A DNA stretch of 64,000 nt from an uncultured Pelagibacteraceae bacterium (GTDB lineage: Bacteria > Pseudomonadota > Alphaproteobacteria > Pelagibacterales > Pelagibacteraceae), in NCBI GenBank assembly GCA_902533075.1, contig CACAKN010000003.1:11731-75730 (forward strand), written 5' to 3'. Positions 17,825-29,172 of the stretch are shown here, in pieces. A program made the translations under genes and the position numbers. Positions within the stretch are counted from its first letter, which is position 1. Each line of letters starts with the position of its first letter. The notes below the pieces were generated by a model that was given only the letters and a program-made list of their open reading frames with translations, made no database searches and was not told the DNA's origin.

Positions 17825-18113
17825 TTTTGTTATTTATAAATTGTTTAAACTCTCTTGAAGGTTTAAATAATACAACATTTCTAGCACTTATAATTTTTTT
17901 TTCTTTCGTTTTTGGATTTCTACCAATTCTTGATTTTTTTTCTCTGATTGTAAAAGTCCCAAATTTCGATATTTTTAATTTTTTTTCTTTTTTTAAATTT
18001 GATGTTATTGTTGTTAAAAAATCTTCTATTAAACTTTCTGAAATTTGTTTTGAAAAACCAATTTGCATATAAATCAAATTAACTAAGTCTTTTTTAGTTA
18101 AGTTTATTCTCAT
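17814..18113 (-). CDS. ihfA: Integration host factor alpha
   Basis: FGTF...RIGRNPKT; plsX-ihfA-merR synteny. Confidence 0.9.
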   Translation of the reverse strand: MRINLTKKDLVNLIYMQIGFSKQISESLIEDFLTTITSNLKKEKKLKISKFGTFTIREKKSRIGRNPKTKEKKIISARNVVLFKPSREFKQFINNKNDS

Positions 18114-18118
18114 TTAAT

Positions 18119-19120
18119 TTATATATTTTGTTTAATCTTATCTATCAAATTACCTTTTACAATTCTATGACAAACATCAAGGGAATTTGAAAAACCTATA
18201 TAATCTGTTCCTCCATGACTTTTGACAACAGGTGAGGCTAAACCAATAAAAATAGCTCCATTATATAATCTTGGATCTAATCTTTTCTTAAATCTATTGA
18301 GATTTTGTATATTTAATAATGAAGATATTTTGCCAATAAAATTTTTTGTCATTGCATTTTTTAGCTCACTTGTAATAAAATTAGCTGTTCCTTCTGCAGT
18401 TTTTAAAGCAACGTTACCTGTAAATCCATCTGATACAATTACATTCACTTTTCCGTCCATTAATTCATTACCCTCAATATATCCAGCAAAATTAAAATCA
18501 TTTAATTCTTTATTGTTTAATAGCTGATAAGTTTCTTTAATAGTTTCATTTCCTTTTAGTTCTTCTGAGCCAATATTTAATAAAGCAACATTTGTATTTT
18601 TCTCAGGATATAATGATTTGTAAAGAGCAGCTCCCATGATTGAAAAATCTAATAAATTTTTTGAACTACATTCGATGTTTGCGCCAAGATCAAGAACAAC
18701 ACTCATGCCCTTTTTATTAGGCCATAAAGCAGAAAGAGCAGGTTTATCAATATTTTCGATCATTTTAAGATTTAATTTAGATATAACTAATAATGCACCA
18801 GTGTTTCCAGCTGAAATTATAATATCTGACTCTTTTTTTTTAACACTTTTTATAGCTAACCACATACTTGTGTTTTTTCCTTTTTTAGCAGCCTCTAGTG
18901 GACTATCGGTGCTTTGAACCTTTTCATCAGTATGAAAAATTTCATAATAATTAGTTGGTAATTTACCTTTTATATGTTTTTCTATTTCAATTTCATTACC
19001 AAAAATTTTGAAAAAATTACCTTTATTAGATTTATGATTATGAATAATACCATCTATTATTTTTTGTGGAGAGTTGTCACCACCCATTGCATCTACTGCA
19101 ATTTTTATTAATTCTGACAT
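18119..19120 (-). CDS. plsX: Phosphate acyltransferase PlsX
   Basis: AVDAMGGD, SAGNTGA, LDLGAN, KSHG. Confidence 0.95.
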   Translation of the reverse strand: MSELIKIAVDAMGGDNSPQKIIDGIIHNHKSNKGNFFKIFGNEIEIEKHIKGKLPTNYYEIFHTDEKVQSTDSPLEAAKKGKNTSMWLAIKSVKKKESDIIISAGNTGALLVISKLNLKMIENIDKPALSALWPNKKGMSVVLDLGANIECSSKNLLDFSIMGAALYKSLYPEKNTNVALLNIGSEELKGNETIKETYQLLNNKELNDFNFAGYIEGNELMDGKVNVIVSDGFTGNVALKTAEGTANFITSELKNAMTKNFIGKISSLLNIQNLNRFKKRLDPRLYNGAIFIGLASPVVKSHGGTDYIGFSNSLDVCHRIVKGNLIDKIKQNI

Positions 19121-19135
19121 TTTTTGAATATTAGT

Positions 19136-19318
19136 TTACTCTTTTGGATCTAAAACTTGTCTACCTTTATACATTCCAGTTTTTAAATCAATATGGTGTG
19201 AAAGTCTATATTCACCAGATTTTTTATCTTCAATAATATTTTTTGCTGAAAACTTCATATTTTTAGCTCTTCTCATTCCAGTTCTTGAAGGTGTTTGTTT
19301 ACGTTTTGGTACAGCCAT
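19136..19318 (-). CDS. rpmF: 50S ribosomal protein L32
   Basis: MAVPKRK...HH...G-x-YKGRQV. Confidence 0.95.
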   Translation of the reverse strand: MAVPKRKQTPSRTGMRRAKNMKFSAKNIIEDKKSGEYRLSHHIDLKTGMYKGRQVLDPKE

Positions 19319-19320
19319 GA

Positions 19321-19788
19321 TTAATCGTTACTTACACTTTTTAAATAAGAATTCAAAGTTTTTTTTGATAATTTTTGACTAAAATCCTCAAAATAATCAA
19401 CCAAATGATGAATTTCTCCAAAATTATCAAGAAAATTTAAAAACTTTTTATTTTTTTCATTTTTATCAAGTTGATCCCAAAAATGAATTTCTGAAACTAT
19501 TGAGTGAAACATATTAATATAATCTTTCATCTTCTTATTAATTGATTGGTCACCATATCCAATTTCTCTAATGCTTAATTCAAGTTGTCTAAAATTGAAA
19601 TCGTATATTTCCTGTAAAATTTTTGTATTGTTTTCATTTTTATAAGTTTTTAAGAAAAAAGCAAAATGTATTAAAAATAAGATTAATCTATCGGAAAATT
19701 CATCTTGTCTTTTAAGCTCTTTATATAAAAATTTATTAGTAGTTAATTTAATTAAATTATTATAAAGGTTAAGATATAAATCATTCAT
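19321..19788 (-). CDS. Ubiquinol-cytochrome c chaperone (Cbp3-like)
   Basis: SIREIGYGD-x-SINKKMK; divergent from bamE as in other alphaproteobacteria. Confidence 0.75.
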   Translation of the reverse strand: MNDLYLNLYNNLIKLTTNKFLYKELKRQDEFSDRLILFLIHFAFFLKTYKNENNTKILQEIYDFNFRQLELSIREIGYGDQSINKKMKDYINMFHSIVSEIHFWDQLDKNEKNKKFLNFLDNFGEIHHLVDYFEDFSQKLSKKTLNSYLKSVSND

Positions 19789-20251
19789 GAAAAAAATTTT
19801 TTATATAATTGTAATATTTTTCTTATCAAATTGTTCTTTTAATGAAATAGTTCAACATCATGGAGTTCATAACTTAGAAAAAAAACAAACTAAATTAAAA
19901 GTTAATTTTTCTAATAAAAATGATGTAATTAACTTAATTGGACCTCCATCAACAAAAAGTTCATTTGATAATGATATTTACATTTATATTGAAAAAAAAA
20001 CAAGTGGTTCAAAACTTGTTAAATTAGGCCAAAAAAAGTTACTTACAAATAACGTTTTAGTGCTTGAAATTGACTCAAAAGGAATGTTAATGAGTAAAAA
20101 ATTTTATAATAAAGACGATATGATGAAAATCAAATTTGATGATGAAATTACCCAACAAGAATATTCAAAACAATCTTTCGTATATAATTTTCTATATTCT
20201 TTAAGACAAAGAATCAATGACCCATTGGGTAAAAAAAGAATTAAAGATTAA
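19787..20251 (+). CDS. bamE: Outer membrane assembly lipoprotein BamE/SmpA
   Basis: Lipobox LSNC, HG, V-x2-LIGPPS, YIY. Confidence 0.8.
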   Translation: MKKIFYIIVIFFLSNCSFNEIVQHHGVHNLEKKQTKLKVNFSNKNDVINLIGPPSTKSSFDNDIYIYIEKKTSGSKLVKLGQKKLLTNNVLVLEIDSKGMLMSKKFYNKDDMMKIKFDDEITQQEYSKQSFVYNFLYSLRQRINDPLGKKRIKD

Positions 20252-20271
20252 GTAAAATAAGTTATCTAATT

Positions 20272-22377
20272 TTATCCAGCAATTACAGCTAACAACAATA
20301 GTGCAACAATATTAGTAATTTTAATCATTGGATTTACTGCTGGTCCAGCTGTATCTTTGTAAGGATCACCAACTGTATCCCCTGTTACAGCAGCTTTGTG
20401 TGCTTCTGAACCTTTTCCTCCATGATTGCCATCTTCAATATATTTTTTTGCATTGTCCCAAGCACCACCTCCAGCTGTCATTGAAACAGCTACAAACAAT
20501 CCCGTTATAATAACCCCTAACAACATTGCACCAACTGAGGCTAATGCAGCAACTTGACCACCAATAGCAAAAATAACAAAGTATAAAACTATTGGCGATA
20601 ATACTGGTAACAATGATGGTATAATCATTTCCTTGATAGCTGCTACAGTCAACAAATCTACTAATTTGGCATAATCAGGCTTTTGTTTTCTTTTCATTAT
20701 ACCCGGAAATTTTTTAAACTGTCTTCTTACTTCAATCACAACAGCTCCACCTGCTCTTCCAACAGCTTGCATACCCATTGAACCAAATAAATAAGGAAGC
20801 ATACCACCTATTAGTAAACCAACAACAACATAAGGATTCGATAAATCAAAAGTTACTACTATACCTTCAAGTGCTGATCCTGCTTCTTTTGAAAAATGTT
20901 TTATATCCTCAGTGTAAGCCGCAAAAAGAACTAAGGCTCCTAATCCTGCTGATCCAATAGCATATCCCTTCGTTACTGCCTTAGTTGTATTTCCTACAGC
21001 ATCAAGAGCGTCAGTAGTTTTTCTAACATTATTTGGTAGTTTAGACATTTCTGCAATACCACCAGCATTATCAGTAACTGGACCATAAGCGTCTAGAGCA
21101 ACAACCATGCCAGCTAAAGCCAACATAGTTGTAACTGCAATTGCGATTCCATAAAGACCAGCTATATAATTTGTTAATAAAATTCCAGTTACAATTATTA
21201 AAGCTGGAATTGCGGTTGCTTCCAATGAAATTGCCAATCCTTGAATTACATTTGTACCATGACCAGTTGTTGAGGAATTAGCAACACTTCTAACTGGTCT
21301 ATAATTTGTTCCTGTATAATATTCAGTAACCCAAATTAACAAACCTGTTATTACTAAACCAATAATTCCACAATAATATAAACTCATACCTGAAAAAACT
21401 TTATTATCTAAATTATATATATTATCTAAACCTAATACATAATCGGTAACAGGATAAAGTATTATTAAAGATGAAACAGCCGAAACAACAAAACCTTTAT
21501 ACAAGGCATTCATAACATTTTTACTTTTTCCTAATTTTACAAAGAATGTTCCTAATATAGATGTTAAAATACAAGCACCACCGATTGTTAAAGGATAAAT
21601 CATCATAGACATATCACCTTGAAAGAAAATAGATGACAAAACCATTGTGGCAACTATCGTAACAGCATAAGTTTCAAATAAATCTGCAGCCATTCCTGCA
21701 CAATCACCTACATTGTCACCCACATTGTCAGCAATTACAGCTGGATTACGAGGATCATCTTCTGGTATTCCAGCCTCAACTTTTCCTACTAAGTCAGCTC
21801 CAACATCAGCTCCTTTTGTAAATATTCCACCACCCAATCTTGCAAAGATCGAAATCAATGATGCACCAAATCCTAGAGCAACTAAAGCATTTACAATTTC
21901 TCTTTCATCAATATTAAATTTTAATAATAAATAATAATAAACAGCGATTGCTAATAATGCTAAACCAGCAACTAACATTCCTGTTACTGCACCAGACTTA
22001 AAAGCAACTGAAAGGCCACTAGCTAAACCTTTTCTAGATGCCTCAGCAGTTCTTACATTTGCCTCAACTGAAACCAACATACCAACATAGCCAGCAATCC
22101 CAGATAAAGAGGCACCAATTAGATAACCCAAACCAACAAGTGGACTAAAAGCAATACTAACAATTACCAAAACAACAACTCCAACAATTGCAATAGTTTT
22201 ATATTGTCTAGCTAAATATGCTTTAGCACCAATTTGAATAGCGGAGGCTATTTCTTGCATTTTAGAATTTCCAGCACTTGAGTTTAAAATATTTTTTCCT
22301 GTAAAATATCCATAAACGATTGACAAAAAACCTGCAGCGATTGTGTATAAAAGAATTGTTTCAACAGTTGAGTTCAT
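20272..22377 (-). CDS. hppA: Membrane H+-translocating pyrophosphatase, K+-independent type
   Basis: [20 protein letters not shown]; GNTTKA (Lys marks K+-independent type). Confidence 0.95.
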   Translation of the reverse strand: MNSTVETILLYTIAAGFLSIVYGYFTGKNILNSSAGNSKMQEIASAIQIGAKAYLARQYKTIAIVGVVVLVIVSIAFSPLVGLGYLIGASLSGIAGYVGMLVSVEANVRTAEASRKGLASGLSVAFKSGAVTGMLVAGLALLAIAVYYYLLLKFNIDEREIVNALVALGFGASLISIFARLGGGIFTKGADVGADLVGKVEAGIPEDDPRNPAVIADNVGDNVGDCAGMAADLFETYAVTIVATMVLSSIFFQGDMSMMIYPLTIGGACILTSILGTFFVKLGKSKNVMNALYKGFVVSAVSSLIILYPVTDYVLGLDNIYNLDNKVFSGMSLYYCGIIGLVITGLLIWVTEYYTGTNYRPVRSVANSSTTGHGTNVIQGLAISLEATAIPALIIVTGILLTNYIAGLYGIAIAVTTMLALAGMVVALDAYGPVTDNAGGIAEMSKLPNNVRKTTDALDAVGNTTKAVTKGYAIGSAGLGALVLFAAYTEDIKHFSKEAGSALEGIVVTFDLSNPYVVVGLLIGGMLPYLFGSMGMQAVGRAGGAVVIEVRRQFKKFPGIMKRKQKPDYAKLVDLLTVAAIKEMIIPSLLPVLSPIVLYFVIFAIGGQVAALASVGAMLLGVIITGLFVAVSMTAGGGAWDNAKKYIEDGNHGGKGSEAHKAAVTGDTVGDPYKDTAGPAVNPMIKITNIVALLLLAVIAG

Positions 22378-22459
22378 ATTGACCTTAATTAAGTTAATGG
22401 TTGTTAGTTATTAAAAATCGCACAATACAAAAAAGTATATAAAAGGCAATAATTAACTT

Positions 22460-23419
22460 TTAAAAATCATGTGAATAACCTTTATCTTTAAAGGCAATTT
22501 TCTTCCCTTTTTGATCAATAATTTGAGATTTTTCATTTATAGAACATATTTTTCCTATTTTTGAAATCTTAATATGTAATGATTTACAAAATTGATTAAT
22601 GATTCTGAATTTAGATGGATTAGTAGTAAATAAAATTTGATAATCATCGCCTTTTGATAAAAAATCTTTTTTATTTAATTTTTTAAGTTTTATTAATTTC
22701 TTTAAATTTTTTGATATAGGAATCTTATCAAAAAATAATTTATAAGATAATTTTTGTTTATTTATTAGTTTCTCCAAATCAGCAATCAATCCATCTGAAA
22801 TATCTATAGAAGTATTTGCTAAAGATAAAAGTTTATTTGTTAAATTAGGATGAAGATTGGGCAAATAATATTTGTTAATAAAATATTTTTTTAGATTTTT
22901 GCTAGTATTAATTTTTTTTTCTAATATTCTTAATCCTGTAAAACTATCACCTAGATTTCCAGTAACACAAATATCATCGTGCAATTTAGCTTTATTTCTA
23001 AATATTATTTTTTTTGAAAAACCAATTGATGTAATAGTAAAACTAAGTTTATTAGATAATACTGTATCACCACCACAAAGAAAAATTTTATATTTTTTCT
23101 GTTCTTGACTCAAAGACTTGGTAATTTTTTTTAAGTTAGATCCTGAAAAATATTTTTTATTACCTGAGCCTGATATAAAATAATATAAAGGTTTAACACC
23201 TTTACAAATTAAATCCGATATAGAGGATCTAATAATTTTTTTGACTACTAGATCAGGATTTTTAAAATCAATAAAATGTATGCCTTGAACATAAGTATCT
23301 ACTGAAATAACTAATTTTTTGGACTTGTCAAAAAAAACATCATCATTTAATTTGAGGGAACCTTTATTATTATTAGATAATTTAGAAAAATATTTGCTTA
23401 TTAACTCAAACTCGTGCAT
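22460..23419 (-). CDS. thiL: Thiamine-phosphate kinase
   Basis: EFELI, DD, GGDT, DISDGL, GDDY. Confidence 0.9.
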   Translation of the reverse strand: MHEFELISKYFSKLSNNNKGSLKLNDDVFFDKSKKLVISVDTYVQGIHFIDFKNPDLVVKKIIRSSISDLICKGVKPLYYFISGSGNKKYFSGSNLKKITKSLSQEQKKYKIFLCGGDTVLSNKLSFTITSIGFSKKIIFRNKAKLHDDICVTGNLGDSFTGLRILEKKINTSKNLKKYFINKYYLPNLHPNLTNKLLSLANTSIDISDGLIADLEKLINKQKLSYKLFFDKIPISKNLKKLIKLKKLNKKDFLSKGDDYQILFTTNPSKFRIINQFCKSLHIKISKIGKICSINEKSQIIDQKGKKIAFKDKGYSHDF

Positions 23420-23816
23420 TTGTAGATCTTAATTTCTTTGCAACATTATCTAATAGAGCATTTAGATATTTTGTTTGTGTCCCATTTATAAAAAAATTCG
23501 ATGCATTTAGATATTCTTTGATTATTATTTTTATTGATAAATTAGGTTTATACAAAAATTCATAAGTAGCTGATTTCAAAATAATCTGGAATAATTTATC
23601 TAACTTATTTATAGTAAATTGATCTCCTAAGTTTTTTTCTAATTCTTCAAGTATTATATCATTTCGTTCTATAGTTCCCGAAACAATATCTTTTATAAAT
23701 TTTTTAAATCTATGTTTTGGGTAAGTTAATTTTTCGTCATCATTAAAAAACTTACCGTAAAGTTTTTGAATGATTATAACTCTGGGGTTATTTTTTGGAC
23801 TAAATACAGTTTTCAT
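23406..23816 (-). CDS. nusB: Transcription antitermination factor NusB
   Basis: IIKEY...YLNALLD; ribH-nusB-thiL synteny. Confidence 0.85.
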   Translation of the reverse strand: MKTVFSPKNNPRVIIIQKLYGKFFNDDEKLTYPKHRFKKFIKDIVSGTIERNDIILEELEKNLGDQFTINKLDKLFQIILKSATYEFLYKPNLSIKIIIKEYLNASNFFINGTQTKYLNALLDNVAKKLRSTNARV

Positions 23817-24205
23817 TTTTGTGATAAAACCGACATTACAGCATTAGCTGCTTCAGCACCTTTTTTTTTTCTGGCTATTGCTTGTTTCATATTTAAACAA
23901 GTAATTATACCGTTACCAATTGGTTTCTTTGAATTAATAGATAGTTGCATAATTGCATAAGTCGATGAATTTGAAATGAAATCAAAATGAGGTGTTTGAC
24001 CTTTAATAACACAGCCAAGAGCAATGAAACCATCAAATTTTTTTATATTTTTTGATATCGTAACTGGAATTTCAAAGACTCCCGTTACGTTTATAATTTT
24101 TACTTTCGACGACTTTGGCAATAAATTTATAGCACTTTTTAATAACCCACGAGATATTTCCTTATAATAATTAGCATTCACTATTAAAAATTTTTTTTTC
24201 ATCAA
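23813..24205 (-). CDS. ribH: Lumazine synthase
   Basis: GVFEIP, ALGCVIKGQTPHF. Confidence 0.93.
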   Translation of the reverse strand: MMKKKFLIVNANYYKEISRGLLKSAINLLPKSSKVKIINVTGVFEIPVTISKNIKKFDGFIALGCVIKGQTPHFDFISNSSTYAIMQLSINSKKPIGNGIITCLNMKQAIARKKKGAEAANAVMSVLSQK

Positions 24206-25302
24206 ATTAACTCTTGTTTGGTTATCTTTATATCATAACCCTCCAAACCAATAACCTTTTTTGGTGACTTAGTAATCAAGATCATCTTTTTAATTTTTAA
24301 ATCTTTAATTATTTGAGCACCAATACCATAATTTCTAATTAATTTATCATTACCTTTTTTGTAAAAATCTTTATTTTTATAGTCTTTTAATGTTTGAGTT
24401 ACAGATTTAAGATTTGTATCTTTAATAAAGACTAAAATACAATTGTTGAATTTTTTAAAATAGTTTAAAGTTTTATTGAACGAATTGGGTAATTGTTGAT
24501 TAATCAAGTAGTTGTGAACCACATTTGAGGAAATTACCCTAACTCTTGGTATGGTCCCTTTTTTTATAATTCCTTTTACTAATGCAAAATGTTCAGAACC
24601 ATCTAATAAATTCTCGTATATCTTAATTTTATAATTTTGATTTTTTACTTTTATGTCGGATGATTTTCTAAGTTTAATTAACTTTTCTTTTTTTAAACGA
24701 TAAGAAATTAAATCCTCTATTTTTCCTATTTTTAATTTATGTTTTTTAGCAAAGTTGAATAAATCTTGTCCTTTTGCCATAGTTCCATCTTCATTCATTA
24801 TTTCACAAATTACAGCTGAATTATTTTTTTTTGCTAACTTAGAAATATCAACTGAAGCTTCCGTATGTCCAGCCCTTACAAGCACACCTCCATCTTTTGC
24901 AATAATTGGAAAAACATGACCTGGTGACACAATATCTTTCTTATTTACATTTTTTTTGGATGCAATCCTTATAGTTCTAGCTCGATCTTTTGCTGAAATA
25001 CCTGTTGTAATTCCTTTTTTTGCTTCAATAGATATTGTAAAGGCAGTTTTATTTCTAGATTGATTAATCGGAGACATGAGTGATAAATTTAATCTCTTTG
25101 CTTGCAAACTATCCAATGCTAGACAAATTAATCCTCTTCCAAATTTAGCCATAAAATTAATATTTTTTGAATTTGTATCACTAGTTGAAATTACTAGATC
25201 TCCCTCATTTTCTCTTTTTTCATCATCAACTAAAATGAACATACCGCCCTTTTTGGCAATTTTAATAATTGTTTCTATTGACGAATAATTACTTTTTAGC
25301 AT
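24202..25302 (-). CDS. ribB: DHBP synthase fused to a degenerate GTP cyclohydrolase II domain (RibBX-like)
   Basis: DDEKRENEGD, RAGHTEA; C-domain lacks the RVHSEC/CDC zinc motif. Confidence 0.9.
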   Translation of the reverse strand: MLKSNYSSIETIIKIAKKGGMFILVDDEKRENEGDLVISTSDTNSKNINFMAKFGRGLICLALDSLQAKRLNLSLMSPINQSRNKTAFTISIEAKKGITTGISAKDRARTIRIASKKNVNKKDIVSPGHVFPIIAKDGGVLVRAGHTEASVDISKLAKKNNSAVICEIMNEDGTMAKGQDLFNFAKKHKLKIGKIEDLISYRLKKEKLIKLRKSSDIKVKNQNYKIKIYENLLDGSEHFALVKGIIKKGTIPRVRVISSNVVHNYLINQQLPNSFNKTLNYFKKFNNCILVFIKDTNLKSVTQTLKDYKNKDFYKKGNDKLIRNYGIGAQIIKDLKIKKMILITKSPKKVIGLEGYDIKITKQELI

Positions 25303-25882
25303 TGAAAAAATTTTTAACGTATTTTGAAAGAATATCTATTTCTATATTTACAAGATTACCTTTTTTTACCTTTGATAAATTGGTCAATTTAAAAGTATGA
25401 GGAATTACCCAAATTTGAAAACCTTTTTTTGTTTTTTTGGAAATGGTTAATGAAATACCGTTTATACATATTGAAGCTTTTTCAATAATATTTTTTCTTT
25501 CTTTTGAACTAATTTCAAAGTCAAAAATATAGGATTTATCAACTTTTTTTACACTTAAAGTTTTACCAGTTGTATCAATATGTCCCTGACATATATGACC
25601 TGAAATCTTTTGACCATACTTAAGAGGTAGCTCTAAATTTATTACATCATTGATCTTTAGATACTTAAATTTTGATCTTTTAACAGTTTCATTAGAGAGA
25701 TAAAATTCCATCATTTTATTTTGGATTTTTATTAATGTTAAACAAACCCCGTCACATGCAACAGAAACTCCAATATCTTTAGAATTCAATTTGAGGTCTG
25801 ATTTCACAAAAATATTAATACCTTTTGATCTTTTAGATATTTTCTTAATGAAACCTTTATTAAATATAATTCCGTTAAACAT
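25289..25882 (-). CDS. ribE: Riboflavin synthase alpha chain
   Basis: MFNGII, GVCLT, GHICQGHID. Confidence 0.93.
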   Translation of the reverse strand: MFNGIIFNKGFIKKISKRSKGINIFVKSDLKLNSKDIGVSVACDGVCLTLIKIQNKMMEFYLSNETVKRSKFKYLKINDVINLELPLKYGQKISGHICQGHIDTTGKTLSVKKVDKSYIFDFEISSKERKNIIEKASICINGISLTISKKTKKGFQIWVIPHTFKLTNLSKVKKGNLVNIEIDILSKYVKNFFNAKK

Positions 25883-25883
25883 T

Positions 25884-26990
25884 TTATCTTTTATAGATTG
25901 TAATATTATCTTTGGCTAGTTTAGATGTAATTTTAGATACCTTTTTATATTTACCATTTAAGATTCCAAATGAAGTAAAACCCTGATTTATTTTATTTAC
26001 TCTTAAGATTTTTGGGCTTTGAAATAAATAAAATGTATCAATAAGTCTATTTTTTATTAAGCTTTTTGATATTTTGTCACCACCTTCAACAAGTAAACTT
26101 CTTGTGCCTAGAGAGAATAACTTTTTTAAGACTACCTTCAAGTCCAGTAATCCCTCATTATTTAATTTTGTTTTAATCAAAATAAATCCTTTTTTTTTTA
26201 AAACTTTAATCTTTTTAGTATTAGATGAATGATAAAAAAGAATTGTATTACCTTTTTTTGCTGATTGAAAAATATAGCTTGTTAATTTGATATCTAAATT
26301 TTTATCTAGAATTATTCTTTTTGGTGAAAATTTATTGTAACCCTTTAATCTGCAAGTCAATTTTGGATTATCTATATTGAGAGTTTTACTTGAAATCATT
26401 ATTGAGTCATTCTTATATCGTAGGTAATGGGTAATCTTATCTGAATTCTTATCAGTTATTCTTTTAGTTCCTTTACTATAAATCAATTTATTTTTCGAAA
26501 CTGCAATTTTAGCTGTAACATAAGGTAATTTACTAGTTCGATTTTTAATGTAAGAATCATAAAGATCTTTTGCAGCTTCTTTTAGAAGGCCTCTCTTAAC
26601 TTTAATCTTTTTATTTGATAAAATCTTAAAACTTTTACCTTTAACTTTATTATCTATGTCATTAATTGAGTAAAAAACTTCTTTTATGCCACTTTTAATT
26701 ATACTTTTAGTACATGGAGGTGTTTTTCCATAATGATTACAAGGTTCAAGCGTTACATACATTTTAGCACCCACTAAATCTTGAAAAGAATTATTAATAG
26801 CATTAGATTCAGCGTGAGGACGTCCATTATAACCTGTTTGTCCTATTGAAATAATCTTATCATCTTTTACAATCAAGCATCCAACTGATGGATTTTCACC
26901 CGTTAATCCTTTTCTGGCTCTTGCTAAATTAATAGCAAGTTTCATATAATTCTTATCTTTTATTGAAAATTTATCTTTTTTTGTAGACAT
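25884..26990 (-). CDS. ribD: Riboflavin deaminase/reductase
   Basis: [21 protein letters not shown]. Confidence 0.95.
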   Translation of the reverse strand: MSTKKDKFSIKDKNYMKLAINLARARKGLTGENPSVGCLIVKDDKIISIGQTGYNGRPHAESNAINNSFQDLVGAKMYVTLEPCNHYGKTPPCTKSIIKSGIKEVFYSINDIDNKVKGKSFKILSNKKIKVKRGLLKEAAKDLYDSYIKNRTSKLPYVTAKIAVSKNKLIYSKGTKRITDKNSDKITHYLRYKNDSIMISSKTLNIDNPKLTCRLKGYNKFSPKRIILDKNLDIKLTSYIFQSAKKGNTILFYHSSNTKKIKVLKKKGFILIKTKLNNEGLLDLKVVLKKLFSLGTRSLLVEGGDKISKSLIKNRLIDTFYLFQSPKILRVNKINQGFTSFGILNGKYKKVSKITSKLAKDNITIYKR

Positions 26991-27429
26991 CTAGTTTGTC
27001 CACAAATTGTACAAAATCTTTTTCTTCTCTAAAATTACGATAAACTGATGCAAATCTAACATACGCAACCGGATCAAGTTCTTTTAAACCTTCCATGACC
27101 ATAGTCCCAATCGTGTTAGTTGAAATTTCACTTTGTCCTAACTCCTCGAGAGATCTTGAAATTCGACTTATAAATTTTTCTGTAGTTTCAGTATCAATAG
27201 GTCTTTTTTTTAATGCTATAAAAATAGATTTTGCAAGTTTATCTCTATCAAATGCAGATTTACGTCCATTTTTTTTAATTACCATAATTTCTCTATACTG
27301 AACTCTTTCAAATGTAGTAAATCTTGCACCACACACACATAGTCTTCTTCTACGTATAGCAGTACCATCTTCAGTTGGACGTGAGTCTACAACTGAGGTT
27401 TCCCCCTTTTTACATATGGAACAAATCAT
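26971..27429 (-). CDS. nrdR: Transcriptional repressor NrdR
   Basis: CxxC...IRRRR...RFTTFE, ATP cone, AYVRFASVY. Confidence 0.96.
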   Translation of the reverse strand: MICSICKKGETSVVDSRPTEDGTAIRRRRLCVCGARFTTFERVQYREIMVIKKNGRKSAFDRDKLAKSIFIALKKRPIDTETTEKFISRISRSLEELGQSEISTNTIGTMVMEGLKELDPVAYVRFASVYRNFREEKDFVQFVDKLDVYKKR

Positions 27430-28739
27430 TTATTTAAATTTTTATAAATTGGAAAATTAGAACACAAGTCTATAACTTCATTTCTCACTTCATTTTCCAC
27501 TTTACCATTATCCTCTGGATTATCAGATAATCCTTTAATAACTTTTGTAATCAAGTTACCTACTATTTCAAATTCTTTTAAACCAAATCCTCGTGTTGTA
27601 GCTGCTTGAGATCCTAATCTTATTCCAGATGTAATCATAGGTTTTTCAGTATCAAATGGGATACCATTTTTATTACATGTAATGTTAGCTCTACATAAAC
27701 TTTCTGCAGCTATATTACCTTTTACATTAAAAGGTCTTAAATCTACTAACATTAAATGTGTATCTGTCCCACCAGAATAAATTTTAAAGCCATTATTTTT
27801 TAAAGTTTCTGCTAATATTTTTGCGTTAGCTAAAACATTTTTAATATAATTTTGAAACTCAGGTTTTAATGCTTCAAAAAAACCAGCAGCTTTTGCAGCA
27901 ATAATATGCATTAAAGGTCCACCTTGATAACCTGGAAATACTGCGGTATCAAATTTTTTACCTAAATCTATATCATTAGACAAAATTATACCACCTCTTG
28001 CACTTCTAAAAACTTTATGTGTTGTTGATGTAACTACATGAGCATAATCACAAGGGTTTGGGTAACCTTTACCAGCAACTAAACCGGAGAAATGGGCCAT
28101 ATCAACCATTAAGTATGCATCAACTTTATCAGCAATTTCTCTAAATCTTTTGAAATCAATTACTCTTGAATATGCGCTACCACCAGCAATAATAAGTTTT
28201 GGTTTATGTTCTAAAGCAAGTTTTTCAACATTATCATAATCAATTAATTCAGATTTTTTATCTACATCGTAACTAATTGCATTAAACCACTTACCAGACA
28301 TCGAAATTTTTAAGCCATGAGTAATATGGCCACCTGAATTCAAACTCATACCCATAAATGTATCATTAGGTTTTAATAAAGCTAAAAATACTGCTCCATT
28401 AGCCTGAGCACCTGAATGAGGTTGAACATTTGCATATTTACAATTAAAAAGTTTTTTTATTCTTTCTAGTGCTAATTGCTCAGCAACATCAACATGTTCA
28501 CATCCATTGTAATATCTTTTACCTGGATACCCTTCTGCATATTTATTTGTTAATACTGAGCCTTGAGCTTCCAAGACGGCTTGAGAAACAATATTCTCTG
28601 ACGCGATGAGCTCTATGTGATTTTGTTGTCGAATTAGCTCGTCATTTATTGCTTTAAATAAATCTGGATCAGTTTTAGAAAGACTTTTTTCAAAGAAGTC
28701 CTCATAATTTGAGTTTATATATTTTGTTTCACTTGACAT
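27426..28739 (-). CDS. glyA: Serine hydroxymethyltransferase
   Basis: [19 protein letters not shown]. Confidence 0.97.
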   Translation of the reverse strand: MSSETKYINSNYEDFFEKSLSKTDPDLFKAINDELIRQQNHIELIASENIVSQAVLEAQGSVLTNKYAEGYPGKRYYNGCEHVDVAEQLALERIKKLFNCKYANVQPHSGAQANGAVFLALLKPNDTFMGMSLNSGGHITHGLKISMSGKWFNAISYDVDKKSELIDYDNVEKLALEHKPKLIIAGGSAYSRVIDFKRFREIADKVDAYLMVDMAHFSGLVAGKGYPNPCDYAHVVTSTTHKVFRSARGGIILSNDIDLGKKFDTAVFPGYQGGPLMHIIAAKAAGFFEALKPEFQNYIKNVLANAKILAETLKNNGFKIYSGGTDTHLMLVDLRPFNVKGNIAAESLCRANITCNKNGIPFDTEKPMITSGIRLGSQAATTRGFGLKEFEIVGNLITKVIKGLSDNPEDNGKVENEVRNEVIDLCSNFPIYKNLNK

Positions 28740-28745
28740 TTTATT

Positions 28746-29171
28746 TTATATTTTTTTTACTCTTTTTTTATGCCTACCACCTTCAAATTTTGTGTTCATA
28801 AAAACTTCGACACACTTAAAGGCCATATTTTTTTTTGTTAACCTAGAACCTAATGTAATAATATTTGCATTGTTATGCAATCTTGATAATTTTGTATTTT
28901 TAACTGAATAACACACTGCAGCTCTTATTTTTCTGTGCCTATTAGCCGCCATGGACATTCCTAGGCCAGAACCACAAATCAAAATTCCCATATTTTGGCT
29001 ATTATTACTGACTTTTCTGCAAAGTTTATGAGCATACTCAGGATAATTTACTGATATATTCTTATTATCAGTTCCAAGGTCTTGAAAAATATATCTTTTT
29101 CTAAATTTTTTTTTAATTTGTTCTTTTAAGTTATATCCGGCATGATCTGATGAAATAAATATTTTTTTCAA
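28746..29171 (-). CDS. rpiB: Ribose-5-phosphate isomerase B (TTG start)
   Basis: DHAG, CGSGLG, HNNAN, FEGGRH. Confidence 0.93.
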   Translation of the reverse strand: MKKIFISSDHAGYNLKEQIKKKFRKRYIFQDLGTDNKNISVNYPEYAHKLCRKVSNNSQNMGILICGSGLGMSMAANRHRKIRAAVCYSVKNTKLSRLHNNANIITLGSRLTKKNMAFKCVEVFMNTKFEGGRHKKRVKKI

Positions 29172-29172
29172 A

